DNA of 64,000 nucleotides from an uncultured Actinomycetes bacterium (GTDB lineage Bacteria > Actinomycetota > UBA4738 > HRBIN12): assembly GCA_963704725.1 (NCBI GenBank), contig OY969934.1, positions 1,920,001-1,984,000 on the forward strand, written 5' to 3'. A program made the translations under genes and the position numbers. Within the stretch, counting starts at the first letter, position 1, and every line of letters begins with the position of its first letter. The notes under the pieces were generated by a model. It made no database searches. It had not been told where the DNA came from and saw only the letters and a program-made list of their open reading frames with translations. This document shows, piece after piece, positions 39,735 to 50,453 of the stretch.

Positions 39735-40820
39735 ATGAAGCGCACCCTGATCGCCCTGCTCGCCGGTTCGGCCCTCCTGCTCGCCGCGTGCTCGAGCCGG
39801 ACCATCGATTCGGTCGCCCAGCCCGCCGTGTTCCCGACGGCGACGCCGACCCTTCCCACGCCGGCCGCGACCGACGCCGGCGGCACCACGATCGAGAGCG
39901 TCGTCCAGCGGGTCCTCCCGGCCGTGGTGAACGTCGTGACGGACCTCGGCGAGGGAACCGGATTCGTCGTCCGCCAGGACGGGATCGTGGTGACGAACTT
40001 CCACGTCGTGGAGCGCGCGTCCGAGGTCGACGTCCTCACGTCCGACCAGAATCCCGACCGGTACTCCGCTCGCGTGATCGGCGGGGACCAGCAGGCGGAT
40101 CTCGCGGTCCTGAAGGTCGACGCCACGGGCCTCCCCACGGTCCCGCTCGGCGATTCCGATCAGCTGCAGCTCGGCCAGCAGGTCGTCGCGATCGGGTACG
40201 CGCTCGGGCTCGAGGGTGGGCCTTCGGTGACCGCCGGGATCGTCTCCTCGCTGGCGCGTGAGATCCGGGTGGCGGACCCGAACTGCCAGAACGACTGTGG
40301 CAACGGGTCACGCGTCTACACCCACGTCATCCAGACGGACGCGGCCATCAACCCGGGGAACTCGGGCGGGCCGCTGGTCGACCTCGCCGGCAACGTGGTG
40401 GGGATCAACACCGCCGGCACCACCAGCGCCGAGAACGTGGGATTCGCCATCCAGATCAGCTCCGTCAAGGACACGATCTTCAACGCGGCCGAGAACCCCG
40501 GCCAGCCCGTGGCGTTCATGGGGATCGGTTCGGACGACGCCTCGGACCCGGCGCTGCAGTTCCAGATCGACCTCCCCGTGGACCGGGGCGCGGCCATCCT
40601 CAACGTGGTGCAGGGCGGGCCCGCCGACGACGCCGGGATCCAGGTCGGCGACGTGGTGGTCTCGTTCGGCGGACAGACGATCGACACCGCGGACCAGCTC
40701 GGCGAGGCGATCCGCGCCCACTCGCCTGGGGACAGCGTCCAGGTGGGGGTGGTGCGGGGGAACGGTGACCACCAGACGGTCACGGTCACGCTCGGCACCA
40801 ACCCCGTCCCCACCGGCTGA
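39735..40820 (+). CDS. HtrA/PepD-like serine protease with PDZ domain, lipoprotein
   Basis: Lipobox LAAC, TNFHVV, DLAVLK, TDAAINPGNSGGP, PDZ domain. Confidence 0.92.
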   Translation: MKRTLIALLAGSALLLAACSSRTIDSVAQPAVFPTATPTLPTPAATDAGGTTIESVVQRVLPAVVNVVTDLGEGTGFVVRQDGIVVTNFHVVERASEVDVLTSDQNPDRYSARVIGGDQQADLAVLKVDATGLPTVPLGDSDQLQLGQQVVAIGYALGLEGGPSVTAGIVSSLAREIRVADPNCQNDCGNGSRVYTHVIQTDAAINPGNSGGPLVDLAGNVVGINTAGTTSAENVGFAIQISSVKDTIFNAAENPGQPVAFMGIGSDDASDPALQFQIDLPVDRGAAILNVVQGGPADDAGIQVGDVVVSFGGQTIDTADQLGEAIRAHSPGDSVQVGVVRGNGDHQTVTVTLGTNPVPTG

Positions 40821-40853
40821 CCTCGGGCGCCGCCCGTACGCTAGCCTGACCGG

Positions 40854-42050
40854 GTGAAGGTCAGGCTCCGGAACCCCGACCGGGAGGTCGAGGTCGCGGG
40901 GGAGCGCAAGGTCCACGCCATCCTCGGCGAGCTCGGCATCAACCCCGACACCGTGCTCGTGATCCGCGAGCGCGAGCTCCTCACGCGGGAGGACCGGGTG
41001 GCCGAGGCCGACGAGCTCGAGATCCGCCCGGTCATCAGCGGGGGATCGGGGCCGGTCAACCGGATGAAGTGCCGGCGCTGCAAGGCGCCCGCCGTGGTCG
41101 AGGTCCGCCGCCACAACGCCGCGTTCTGCCGGGACTGCTTCCTGCTCCACGTGCGGACGCAGGTCGAACGCGCGATCGAGCACTACGAGATGCTCGGCAC
41201 GGACGATCGCGTGCTGGTGGCCGTCTCCGGCGGGAAGGACTCGCTGGCGCTGTGGGACGTGCTCCTCGAGCTCGGGTACCGGGCCGACGGCCTGTACCTC
41301 GGGCTCGGCATCGGGGAGTACTCGGGCCGCTCGGGCGCGATCGCTCGCGCGTTCGCCGCCGAGCGGGGCGCGTCGCTGCTCGAGGTCGACCTGGCGGGCG
41401 AGTACGGCTTCGACGTGCCGACGGCCGGGCGGAAGGGGTCCCGCTCGACGTGCGCGGTGTGCGGCCTCTCCAAGCGGTACGTGTTCAACAAGGCGGCCCG
41501 GGACCACGGGTACGACGTGATCGCCACCGGCCACAACCTGGACGACGAGGCGGCCACGCTGCTCGGGAACACGCTCCGCTGGCAGACCGACTACATCGCG
41601 CGCCAGTTCCCGGTGCTCCCGGCCGAGGAGGGCCTCGCCCGGAAGGTCAAGCCGCTGTACCGCCTGTCCGAGCTCGAGACGGCCGCGTACGCGTTCCTGC
41701 GGGGCATCGACTACGTCGTGGAGGAGTGCCCGCTCGTGGCCGGGAACACGCAGCTCCGGTACAAGGAGGCCCTGAATCAGCTCGAGGCCACGTCTCCCGG
41801 GACGAAGGCCCAGTTCTTCCTCAGCTACCTCGAGCGCGGGGCCCCGCTGTTCGCCGCCCAGGACGACGCCGAGCTCCGGCCGTGCGAGCGGTGCGCCCAG
41901 CCCACCACGGGACGGTTCTGCGCGTTCTGCCGAGCCCGAGCCCAGGTCCTGGGCGAGACGCTCGGGGATCCGCCCGAGGATCGCGAGGTCGTGAACGGCC
42001 TGTCGAACGAGGTCATGCCGGCGGAGCTGTACGGGGCGGCGCGCACGTGA
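40854..42050 (+). CDS. ttuA: ThiS/TtuB-like sulfur carrier fused to TtuA-like tRNA 2-thiouridylase
   Basis: Beta-grasp domain ending RPVISGG continues in frame into MKCRRC Zn finger, SGGKDS PP-loop, CAVC, GHNLDD, ECP and a C-terminal Zn finger. Confidence 0.85.
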   Translation: MKVRLRNPDREVEVAGERKVHAILGELGINPDTVLVIRERELLTREDRVAEADELEIRPVISGGSGPVNRMKCRRCKAPAVVEVRRHNAAFCRDCFLLHVRTQVERAIEHYEMLGTDDRVLVAVSGGKDSLALWDVLLELGYRADGLYLGLGIGEYSGRSGAIARAFAAERGASLLEVDLAGEYGFDVPTAGRKGSRSTCAVCGLSKRYVFNKAARDHGYDVIATGHNLDDEAATLLGNTLRWQTDYIARQFPVLPAEEGLARKVKPLYRLSELETAAYAFLRGIDYVVEECPLVAGNTQLRYKEALNQLEATSPGTKAQFFLSYLERGAPLFAAQDDAELRPCERCAQPTTGRFCAFCRARAQVLGETLGDPPEDREVVNGLSNEVMPAELYGAART

Positions 42051-42856
42051 GCGCCCCGTTCGAGGCCGGGGAGCGGGTGCTCCTCGTCGACCAGCGGAAC
42101 CGGCGATACCTCGTGAAGCTGGCGCCGGGACAGACGTGGCACTCCCACGGCGGCGGCGTGCCCCACGACCTGCTGATCGGATCGCCCGAGGGGATCGTCG
42201 TGCACTCGGCGACGGGGATGGGGTTCCGGGCCTTCCGGCCGCGCATGGCCGACTTCGTGCTGAAGATGCCGCGCGGGGCCCAGGTCGTCTATCCCAAGGA
42301 CGTCGGGGCGATCCTGGTCGAGACCGACGTCTTCCCCGGGGCCCGCGTGCTCGAGGCCGGGACGGGCTCGGGCGCGCTGACGATGGCCCTGTGCCGCGCT
42401 ACCGGGCCCGACGGGCGGGTGGTCTCCTACGAGCTCCGCCCGGAGTTCCAGGCCACGGCGGCCGCGAACGTGGAGACGTTCCTCGGCAAGCTCCCGCCCT
42501 GGCTCGAGCTCCGCGAGGGGGACGTGCGCCAGGTCGCCGGCACCGGCGAGCGCTACGACCGCGTGCTGCTCGATCTCCCGGAGCCCTGGGGCGTCCTGGA
42601 GGCCGTGGACGCCGTCCTGGACCCGGGCGGCATCGTGTGCGGCTACCTCCCGACGACCGTCCAGGTCCAGCAGCTCGTGCTGGCGCTGGAAGCCGACGGG
42701 TACGAGCACCTGGAGACGTTCGAGGTCCTGCACCGCTCGTGGCACGTCACCGACCGGAGCGTCCGCCCCGACCATCGGATGGTGGCCCACACCGGGTTCG
42801 TCACCGTGGCCCGTCGGCTGGCGGCGGTGCCGGGGGACCCCTCGTTCGGATCGTAG
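42047..42856 (+). CDS. trmI: tRNA (adenine58-N1)-methyltransferase
   Basis: MPRGAQVVYPKD, EAGTGSGAL, LDLPEPW, RPDHRMVAHTGF. Confidence 0.92.
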   Translation: MSAPFEAGERVLLVDQRNRRYLVKLAPGQTWHSHGGGVPHDLLIGSPEGIVVHSATGMGFRAFRPRMADFVLKMPRGAQVVYPKDVGAILVETDVFPGARVLEAGTGSGALTMALCRATGPDGRVVSYELRPEFQATAAANVETFLGKLPPWLELREGDVRQVAGTGERYDRVLLDLPEPWGVLEAVDAVLDPGGIVCGYLPTTVQVQQLVLALEADGYEHLETFEVLHRSWHVTDRSVRPDHRMVAHTGFVTVARRLAAVPGDPSFGS

Positions 42857-42968
42857 GTGAACCCCAGGCGGGTGCCGGCACCGTATCCCGTTGCGTAGGC
42901 CCTACCCCGCCCCGCGGGCCCGTTCGGCGGACGGGGGTAGACTTCGGCCTCTCGGGAGGTGAAGGGAC

Positions 42969-44720
42969 ATGGCCGAACCCGACCCACGCGAGCAGCAGGA
43001 GCGCGCGGAGAAGCAGATCCACGAGCTGCAGACGCAGGTCCGGTTCCTCGAGGACGAGATCGCGCTGCTGCGCCGGCGCCTGACCAACGCGCCGCGCCAG
43101 GTCAAGATCCTCGAGGACAAGCTGATCGAGGCCAAATCCGACCTGTCCCGGGCGCTCGTGCAGAACGAGAAGCTCGCCTCTACGCTCACGTCCGAGAAGG
43201 AGCGCATCGAGGGTCTGCGCGAGGAGGTCGAGAAGCTCAGTCGCCCGCCCGCGTCGTTCGGGGTCTACCTCACCGCGAACGAGGACGATTCGGTCGACGT
43301 GTTCACGGCCGGCCGCAAGATGCGCGTCAACGTGTCGCCCGAGCTCGACCGCTCGAGCCTGCGCCGCGGCGTCGAGGTGATCCTCAACGAGGCCCTGAAC
43401 GTCGTCGAGGTTCTCGATCCGGACCGGGCCGGCGAGGTCATGAAGGTGAAGGACCGGCTCGGCGAGGACCGGGTGATCGTGTTCGGCCACGGCGACGAGG
43501 AGCTCGTGGCCACGCTGTCGGCCGGGCTGCACGACGTGCAGATCCGCGCCGGCGACCCGCTCCTGGTCGATCCGCGATCCAACGTCGCCCTGGAGAAGCT
43601 GCCGAAGGAGGAGGTCGAGGAGCTCGTCCTGGAGGAGATCCCGGACGTGTCCTACGAGGACATCGGCGGGCTCGAGGGACAGATCGAGGCCATCCGCGAC
43701 GCCGTCGAGCTCCCGTTCCTGTACGCCGAGCTGTTCCACGAGCACCAGCTCGAGCCCCCCAAGGGCGTCCTGCTGTACGGGCCGCCGGGGTGCGGCAAGA
43801 CGCTGATCGCCAAGGCCGTGGCCCGCTCCCTGGCCGACAAGGTGAAGGAGCGGACGGGCCGGGCGGACGCGCACTCCTACTTCCTCAACATCAAGGGCCC
43901 GGAGCTGCTGAACAAGTACGTCGGCGAGACCGAGCGCCAGATCCGCCAGATCTTCCAGCGGGCCAAGGAGCGCAGCGAGGAGGGACTGCCGGTCATCGTC
44001 TTCTTCGACGAGATGGACTCGATCTTCCGCACCCGGGGCACGGGGATCTCGAGCGACGTCGAGTCGACGATCGTGCCCCAGCTCCTGTCGGAGCTGGACG
44101 GCGTGGAGACCCTGAAGAACGTCATCGTCATCGGGGCGTCCAACCGCGAGGACCTCATCGACCCGGCGATCCTGCGGCCGGGCCGGCTCGACGTGAAGAT
44201 CAAGATCGAGCGCCCCAGCGCCGAGCAGGCCGCCGACATCATGGCCAAGTACCTCAACCCAGGCGTCCCGATCCACCCGGAGGAGCTCGGCAAGAGCGGC
44301 GGCGAGATCCGGGTCTCCACCGCACGGATGATCCAGCAGACCGTCGACCGCATGTACGCGGAGAACGACGAGAACCGGTTCCTGGAGGTCACGTACGCGA
44401 GCGGCGACAAGGAGGTCCTGTACTTCAAGGACTTCAACTCGGGCGCGATGATCGAGAACATCGTCCGGCGCGCGAAGAAGGAGGCCATCAAGCGCTTCCT
44501 GTCGACGGGGGAGAAGGGCATCAAGTCCGAGGACCTCGTGCACGCGATCCGAGACGAGTTCAAGGAGAACGAGGACCTGCCGAACACCACGAACCCCGAC
44601 GACTGGGCCCGCATCTCGGGCAAGAAGGGCGAGCGGATCGTGTACGTCCGCACGCTCCTCGGCGACGGCGGGGACGAGGGACGGCAGGTCGAGCGGGTCA
44701 GCGCCGGGCAGTACCTGTAG
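42969..44720 (+). CDS. arc: Proteasome ATPase ARC/Mpa
   Basis: N-terminal coiled coil, [15 protein letters not shown]-terminal GQYL. Confidence 0.96.
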   Translation: MAEPDPREQQERAEKQIHELQTQVRFLEDEIALLRRRLTNAPRQVKILEDKLIEAKSDLSRALVQNEKLASTLTSEKERIEGLREEVEKLSRPPASFGVYLTANEDDSVDVFTAGRKMRVNVSPELDRSSLRRGVEVILNEALNVVEVLDPDRAGEVMKVKDRLGEDRVIVFGHGDEELVATLSAGLHDVQIRAGDPLLVDPRSNVALEKLPKEEVEELVLEEIPDVSYEDIGGLEGQIEAIRDAVELPFLYAELFHEHQLEPPKGVLLYGPPGCGKTLIAKAVARSLADKVKERTGRADAHSYFLNIKGPELLNKYVGETERQIRQIFQRAKERSEEGLPVIVFFDEMDSIFRTRGTGISSDVESTIVPQLLSELDGVETLKNVIVIGASNREDLIDPAILRPGRLDVKIKIERPSAEQAADIMAKYLNPGVPIHPEELGKSGGEIRVSTARMIQQTVDRMYAENDENRFLEVTYASGDKEVLYFKDFNSGAMIENIVRRAKKEAIKRFLSTGEKGIKSEDLVHAIRDEFKENEDLPNTTNPDDWARISGKKGERIVYVRTLLGDGGDEGRQVERVSAGQYL

Positions 44721-44729
44721 GCTGCCGCG

Positions 44730-46214
44730 ATGGCCATCCCCAAGGTCATCGGGACCGAGACCGAGTACGGCATCGCGGCCGTCGGAGCCCCCGAGTTCAA
44801 CCCCGTCATCTCCTCCTCGCTGCTCATCAGCACGTACGCGGGCTCGCTCCGCCGCATCCGGTGGGACTACGAGCAGGAGTCCCCGCTGCGCGACGCGCGC
44901 GGCTACCAGCCGGTCCAGGTCCGCGAGGCGTCGGAGGAGGAGCTCGGCCTGGCCAACGTGATCCTGCCGAACGGCGCGCGCTACTACGTGGACCACGCGC
45001 ATCCGGAGTACTCGACGCCCGAGTGCGCCGGCCCTCGAGACCTCGTGATCCACGACAAGGCCGGCGAGCGGGTCATGGAGCGGTCCCTGCACGAGCTGGA
45101 GCGCGCCATGCCGGGCGGCCAGCGCATCGCCCTCTACAAGAACAACAGCGACGGCAAGGGCAACTCGTACGGCACCCACGAGAACTACCTCGTCGATCGC
45201 GCCGTTCCGTTCGCCGCCCTGGTGCGCGACCTCACGCCGTTCTTCGTGTCTCGTCAGATCTTCTGCGGCGCCGGCAAGCTCGGCGCGGAGGCGGCGTGGG
45301 ACGAACGCGGCCGGCACGGCTACCAGCTGACGCAGCGGGCCGACTTCTTCGAGGCCGAGGTGGGCCTCGAGACCACGCTGAAGCGGCCCATCATCAACAC
45401 CCGCGACGAGCCGCACGCGGATCCGGACAAGTACCGGCGCCTGCACGTGATCGTGGGCGACGCCAACCTGTGCGAGGTCGCGACGTTCCTCAAGGTCGGG
45501 ACCACCGCCATCGTCCTGAAGATGATCGAGGACGAGTTCCTCCCGGACCTCACGCTGGCCAACCCCGTGGCCTCCCTGCACGACGTGTCGCGGGACCTCA
45601 CGTGCCGGGCGGTCGTCCGGCTCTCGGACGGCCGGACGCCGTCGGCGATCCAGCTCCAGTGGGAGTACCTGGAGCGTGCCAAGAAGTACGTCGAGCAGGA
45701 GGACACCACGGCCGAGAACCGGGAGGTCGTCGAGCGCTGGGAGGCGATCCTCGCCGCCCTCGAGGACGACCCCCTGGCCCTGCACCGGGAGCTGGACTGG
45801 GTGGCGAAGTACCGGCTCCTGCAGGGATATCGGGAGCGCGACGGGCTCCAGTGGGGCGACCCCAAGCTCCGCCTCGTCGACCTGCAGTACCACGACGTCC
45901 GGCGCGACAAAGGCCTCTACCACCGGCTCGCCGCGACCGGCCAGGTGGAGCGTCTGGTGACCGACGAGGAGATCGAACGCGCCGTGATGGAGCCGCCCGA
46001 GGACACGCGGGCCTACTTCCGGGGCAAGTGCATCTCGAAGTACCCCGACGCGATCGCGGCGGCGTCGTGGGACTCGCTGATCTTCGACACCGGGCGCGAC
46101 GCCCTGCAGCGCGTGCCCATGCGCGAGCCGTTGCGGGGGACCAAGGCGCACGTCGAGGACCTCCTCGACCGGTCGCCCGATCCGGGCACGCTCGTCGACC
46201 TCCTCACCTCCTGA
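44730..46214 (+). CDS. dop: Depupylase/deamidase Dop
   Basis: [43 protein letters not shown]. Confidence 0.95.
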   Translation: MAIPKVIGTETEYGIAAVGAPEFNPVISSSLLISTYAGSLRRIRWDYEQESPLRDARGYQPVQVREASEEELGLANVILPNGARYYVDHAHPEYSTPECAGPRDLVIHDKAGERVMERSLHELERAMPGGQRIALYKNNSDGKGNSYGTHENYLVDRAVPFAALVRDLTPFFVSRQIFCGAGKLGAEAAWDERGRHGYQLTQRADFFEAEVGLETTLKRPIINTRDEPHADPDKYRRLHVIVGDANLCEVATFLKVGTTAIVLKMIEDEFLPDLTLANPVASLHDVSRDLTCRAVVRLSDGRTPSAIQLQWEYLERAKKYVEQEDTTAENREVVERWEAILAALEDDPLALHRELDWVAKYRLLQGYRERDGLQWGDPKLRLVDLQYHDVRRDKGLYHRLAATGQVERLVTDEEIERAVMEPPEDTRAYFRGKCISKYPDAIAAASWDSLIFDTGRDALQRVPMREPLRGTKAHVEDLLDRSPDPGTLVDLLTS

Positions 46215-46275
46215 GGGTCCGCGGGGCGCCCGCGGCTAGAATGACGGGCCAGGCAACCGAGGGGAGTCTGCGGTC

Positions 46276-46479
46276 GTGTCTCAGGAGCAGGAACAGAAGC
46301 GGACCCAACGCCGCGGCGGTGGGGGCGAGGGCGGCGAGGACGCCGGCCAGGTCGAGCAGGCCTCCAAGGGCGAGAAGCTCAAGGAGGAGATGGACGAGAT
46401 CCTCGACGAGATCGACTCGGTGCTCGAGGAGAACGCCGAGGAGTTCGTCAAGAGCTACGTCCAGAAGGGCGGCGAATGA
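46276..46479 (+). CDS. pup: Prokaryotic ubiquitin-like protein Pup
   Basis: [28 protein letters not shown]. Confidence 0.96.
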   Translation: MSQEQEQKRTQRRGGGGEGGEDAGQVEQASKGEKLKEEMDEILDEIDSVLEENAEEFVKSYVQKGGE

Positions 46480-47279
46480 GGGACGAGTCCCTCTCGCCGC
46501 TCTCGGCTCGGGGCCCGATCGGCGCGAATCCGAGCTTCTTCGACCTGGTGGCGAGCACCCGACCGGAGGTCCTCCCACACCCCGGGGTCACGGCCGAGGA
46601 GCTGCGCGCCCTCCCGCACGGCACGACCGTGCTCGGCCTGAAGTTCGCCGGGGGCGTCGTGTTCGCCGGCGACCGGCGCGCCACCGAGGGGTACGCGATC
46701 GCCGACGACAAGATGGACAAGGTCTTCGCGGCCGACGACTACTCGGCCATCGCCATCGCGGGAGTGGCCGGGCAGGCCATCGAGATCGTGCACCTGTTCC
46801 AGCTCGAGCTGGAGCACTACGAGAAGATCACCGGCGACCGGCTCTCGCTCGAGGGCAAGGCCAACCGCCTGGGCCAGATGATCCGCGGCAACTTCCCCCT
46901 GGCGGTCCAGGGGCTCGTCGTCGTCCCGCTGTTCGGGGGGTTCGACGAGCGCCGGAACGAGGGCCGCATCTTCTACTACGACGCCACCGGCGGCCGGTGG
47001 GAGGAGGAGGACTTCCACGCGACCGGGTCGGGCGGGCGCCCCGCCAAGAGCTCGTTGAAGAAGCGGTGGCGGCCGGGGCTGGACCGGACCGAGGGGATCC
47101 GCGTCGCGGTCGAGGCGCTCGTGGACGCATCGCAGGAGGACGTGGCCACCGGGGGCCCGGATCCCGCGCGGGGCATCTACCCTACGGTGGTCGTCGTGAC
47201 CTCTGCCGGCGCCGAGACGGTCGGGGCGGACGAGATCCGGGCGGCGTACGAGGCCATCGTGGAACGGGACGCCTCGTGA
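46476..47279 (+). CDS. prcB: Proteasome beta subunit
   Basis: Propeptide, then HG|TT, AGDRRAT, TGSG. Confidence 0.95.
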   Translation: MRDESLSPLSARGPIGANPSFFDLVASTRPEVLPHPGVTAEELRALPHGTTVLGLKFAGGVVFAGDRRATEGYAIADDKMDKVFAADDYSAIAIAGVAGQAIEIVHLFQLELEHYEKITGDRLSLEGKANRLGQMIRGNFPLAVQGLVVVPLFGGFDERRNEGRIFYYDATGGRWEEEDFHATGSGGRPAKSSLKKRWRPGLDRTEGIRVAVEALVDASQEDVATGGPDPARGIYPTVVVVTSAGAETVGADEIRAAYEAIVERDAS

Positions 47280-47962
47280 GCTTCATGCCGTACGTGCCGC
47301 CCGAGCAGCGGATGAAGGACCTCTCCGAGTTCGCCCGCAAGGGCATCTCCCGAGGCAAGTCGGTCGTCGGCCTCGAGTTCGCCGACGGCATCCTGTTCCT
47401 GGCCGAGAACCCCAGCGCGACGCTGCACAAGATCAGCGAGATCTACGACCGGATCCTGTTCGCGGGCGTCGGCAAGTACAGCGAGTTCGAGGACCTGCGG
47501 ATCAGCGGCGTCCGCCTGGCCGACCTCCGCGGGTACTCGTACGGCCGAGAGGACGTTCGCGCCCGGGATCTGGCGAACGCCTATTCGCAGGCGCTCACGA
47601 CGATCTTCAACACGCAGATGAAGCCCTACGAGGTGGAGATCCTGGTGGCCGAGATCGCCGACGACGGCGGCCACAACGAGATCTACCACATCTTGTTCGA
47701 CGGGACCGTGACCGACGAGCACGACCACGTCGCGATCGGCGGTCACGCCGAGGAGCTCTCGACCGCTATCGGCGGCGCCTACCAGCCGGGGTGGGACCTG
47801 GCCACCGCCGTCCGCGAGTCGGTCAAGGCGCTCGCGTCCGCCGAGAGCCGAGACATCCAACCCGGCTCCGTCGAGGCCGGGGTGATCGACCGGACCCGGT
47901 CCTCGCGGCGCAAGTTCCGGCGCCTGGCGGACGACGAGGTCTCGGGGATCCTCGCCGGCTGA
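47276..47962 (+). CDS. prcA: Proteasome alpha subunit
   Basis: PYVPPEQRMKD..ARKGISRGKS, ENPSATLHKISEIYDRI. Confidence 0.95.
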   Translation: MSFMPYVPPEQRMKDLSEFARKGISRGKSVVGLEFADGILFLAENPSATLHKISEIYDRILFAGVGKYSEFEDLRISGVRLADLRGYSYGREDVRARDLANAYSQALTTIFNTQMKPYEVEILVAEIADDGGHNEIYHILFDGTVTDEHDHVAIGGHAEELSTAIGGAYQPGWDLATAVRESVKALASAESRDIQPGSVEAGVIDRTRSSRRKFRRLADDEVSGILAG

Positions 47963-48029
47963 CGGAACCACCTCGGCGTGCGCGCCGTCCTCTTCCGAAG
48001 CGCGTCAAGGAGGTTCGCCGTTGGTGCGA

Positions 48030-49061
48030 ATGATTCGTATCGCCCTTGTGCTGGTGCTGACCGCATGTGTCGGCAGCGGAGAGAGGCGGTCGACGCCCAC
48101 CCCAACCGCTGCCTCTACGACGCCCACCCCCGTGGCGACCAAAGAGGCCCTCGCCCCGTCCGAGCTGACCGCAACGACCGGCCCGGGCTCTCGAGGCTGG
48201 CGGAGCGTGCTCGCGGTCCCGTTCGGCTCGGGGAGGGCGGAGCTCGCCGCCCCGCACGGCCGAACTGGATCCGGGCCGATCGCGTTCGCGATCGATTGCG
48301 GCTCGGTGCCGCTGATCTGGCTCGCCGACGACGCAAGGCGCCGGTTGGTCGAGTTCGCTGCTCGGCCCGATGGAAGCCTTCTGCAGGTAGTGCACCTGCC
48401 GGGCCGGGTCGAGATCCACGATCTCGCGCTCACGACGTGCGGCCAGCTCTACGGATTGGTGAAACCCTCCGACGGTCTGATCGCCGCGATCGGGCCGGGC
48501 GGCGTCTCAGCGCCGATCCGGCTGTCCGACGGCCGCATCAGGCTCGCCGCCTCCCGACTGTTCGCAGGACCGGCGATCGGGCTCCACGCACTCGCACGTG
48601 GTGCCGTGGCGCGACACCGCGACGGATACCGGGGGTACGGGATCGTCGATCCCGGCTCGGGGGCCCTTACCCCGAGCGCCGGGCTCCCGTTCGGGACGGG
48701 GACGTCGATCACCCTGCGCCGTGAAGGCGACCGGCGGTTCGTGGTGACCTGGTTCGATCGCGCGAACCCGTTCGCGACGCGAGAGCTGACGATCCGGCCG
48801 CAGTCACCGGACGGTTCGAGGATCCAGGGCGTGGTCACGGTGCGTCTCGAGTCGGTCTCGCCGTCGGATCGGATCGCGGCTCTTGTGCGGCTTCGGAACG
48901 CCCGCGACCCCGCCTGGTTGCTGGAGATCCCCGCGGATCCGGCCGCCCGGCTCCGACTGCGGCCGCTGCCGCCCGGGAGCCGGCGGCTCCTCTTCGGATC
49001 GGACGCGCACCTCTACCTCCTGGTCACCACGCGGACCGGGGTCGTGATCCTCAGCCGCTAG
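48030..49061 (+). CDS. Hypothetical lipoprotein
   Basis: [13 protein letters not shown] lipobox, Thr/Pro linker, beta-rich body; fills the prcA-pafA gap. Confidence 0.65.
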   Translation: MIRIALVLVLTACVGSGERRSTPTPTAASTTPTPVATKEALAPSELTATTGPGSRGWRSVLAVPFGSGRAELAAPHGRTGSGPIAFAIDCGSVPLIWLADDARRRLVEFAARPDGSLLQVVHLPGRVEIHDLALTTCGQLYGLVKPSDGLIAAIGPGGVSAPIRLSDGRIRLAASRLFAGPAIGLHALARGAVARHRDGYRGYGIVDPGSGALTPSAGLPFGTGTSITLRREGDRRFVVTWFDRANPFATRELTIRPQSPDGSRIQGVVTVRLESVSPSDRIAALVRLRNARDPAWLLEIPADPAARLRLRPLPPGSRRLLFGSDAHLYLLVTTRTGVVILSR

Positions 49062-49090
49062 AACGCGGGCCTCGGCCTACACTCATCCTC

Positions 49091-50449
49091 GTGGACCGGC
49101 GGATCTTCGGGCTTGAGAACGAGTACGGCGTCACCTGCACGTTCCGGGGCCAGCGCCGGCTGTCGCCGGACGAGGTGGCGCGATACCTCTTCCGTCGGGT
49201 CGTGCACTGGGGACGATCCTCGAACGTGTTCCTGGAGAACGGTGCCCGGCTGTACCTGGACGTGGGTTCCCACCCCGAGTACGCCACGCCGGAGTGCGAC
49301 GCGATCCCGGACCTGGTGGCGCACGACAAGGCCGGGGAGCGGATCCTGGAGGCGTTGCTGTCGGCCGCCGAGGTCCGACTGCACGAGGAGGGCATCAGCG
49401 GCCAGGTCTACCTGTTCAAGAACAACACGGACTCGGCCGGCAACTCGTACGGCTGCCACGAGAACTACCTCGTGGCGCGCCAGGGCGAGTTCGCCCGCAT
49501 GGCCGACCTGCTGATCCCGTTCTTCGTGACGCGGCAGATCTACTGCGGGGCGGGCAAGGTGCTCCACGGACCGCGCGGAGCGCAGTTCTGCATCGCCCAG
49601 CGCGCCGAGCACATCTGGGAGGGCGTCTCGAGCGCGACGACGCGGTCGCGGCCGATCATCAACACCCGGGACGAGCCGCACGCCGACGCCGAGCGGTTCC
49701 GCCGCCTGCACGTGATCGTGGGCGACTCGAACATGAACGAGTGGACCACGTTCATGAAGGTGGGGATCACGGACCTCGTGCTGCGGATGGTCGAGGCCAA
49801 CACCGTGATGCGCGATCTCACGCTCGAGAACCCCATCCGGGCCATCCGGGAGATCAGCCACGACGTCCAGTGCCGCAAGAAGGTGCGCCTGGCCAACGGG
49901 CGCGAGCTCTCGGCGATCGAGATCCAGGAGGAGTACTTCGAGCGCACGGCCCGGTTCCTGGAACGGCGGGGGACCGAGCCGCAGTCCAAGCAGCTCCTCG
50001 AGGAGTGGCGTGACGCGCTCGACGCGCTCGCGGCGGGGGAGCCGGAGCGCCTGATGCGCAAGGTCGACTGGGTCGCCAAGCAGGCCATCATCGACCGCTA
50101 CCGGATCAAGCACCAGCTCCCGCTGTCGCATCCGAAGATCGCGCTGCTGGACCTGGCGTACCACGACGTGAACCGCACCCGCGGCCTGTACTACCTGCTC
50201 GAGCGGAGCGACCGGGTGGAGCGGGCAGCGAACGACCGCGACATCCAGCGGGCGATGCGCGAGCCGCCGCAGACGACCCGAGCCAAGCTGCGCGGCGACT
50301 TCATCAAGCACGCCAAGCAGAAGCGGCGCGACTACACCGTGGACTGGGTGCACCTCAAGCTGAACGACCAGGCCCAGCGCACCGTGCTCTGCAAGGACCC
50401 GTTCCGCTCGGTCGACGAGCGTGTGGAACAGCTCATCGCCCACATGTGA
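49091..50449 (+). CDS. pafA: Pup-protein ligase
   Basis: [43 protein letters not shown]. Confidence 0.96.
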   Translation: MDRRIFGLENEYGVTCTFRGQRRLSPDEVARYLFRRVVHWGRSSNVFLENGARLYLDVGSHPEYATPECDAIPDLVAHDKAGERILEALLSAAEVRLHEEGISGQVYLFKNNTDSAGNSYGCHENYLVARQGEFARMADLLIPFFVTRQIYCGAGKVLHGPRGAQFCIAQRAEHIWEGVSSATTRSRPIINTRDEPHADAERFRRLHVIVGDSNMNEWTTFMKVGITDLVLRMVEANTVMRDLTLENPIRAIREISHDVQCRKKVRLANGRELSAIEIQEEYFERTARFLERRGTEPQSKQLLEEWRDALDALAAGEPERLMRKVDWVAKQAIIDRYRIKHQLPLSHPKIALLDLAYHDVNRTRGLYYLLERSDRVERAANDRDIQRAMREPPQTTRAKLRGDFIKHAKQKRRDYTVDWVHLKLNDQAQRTVLCKDPFRSVDERVEQLIAHM

Positions 50450-50453
50450 GGCG

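Noticed and set aside
46276-46479. Pup ending in GGE rather than GGQ
   Set aside because: Known common variant outside mycobacteria; not novel.
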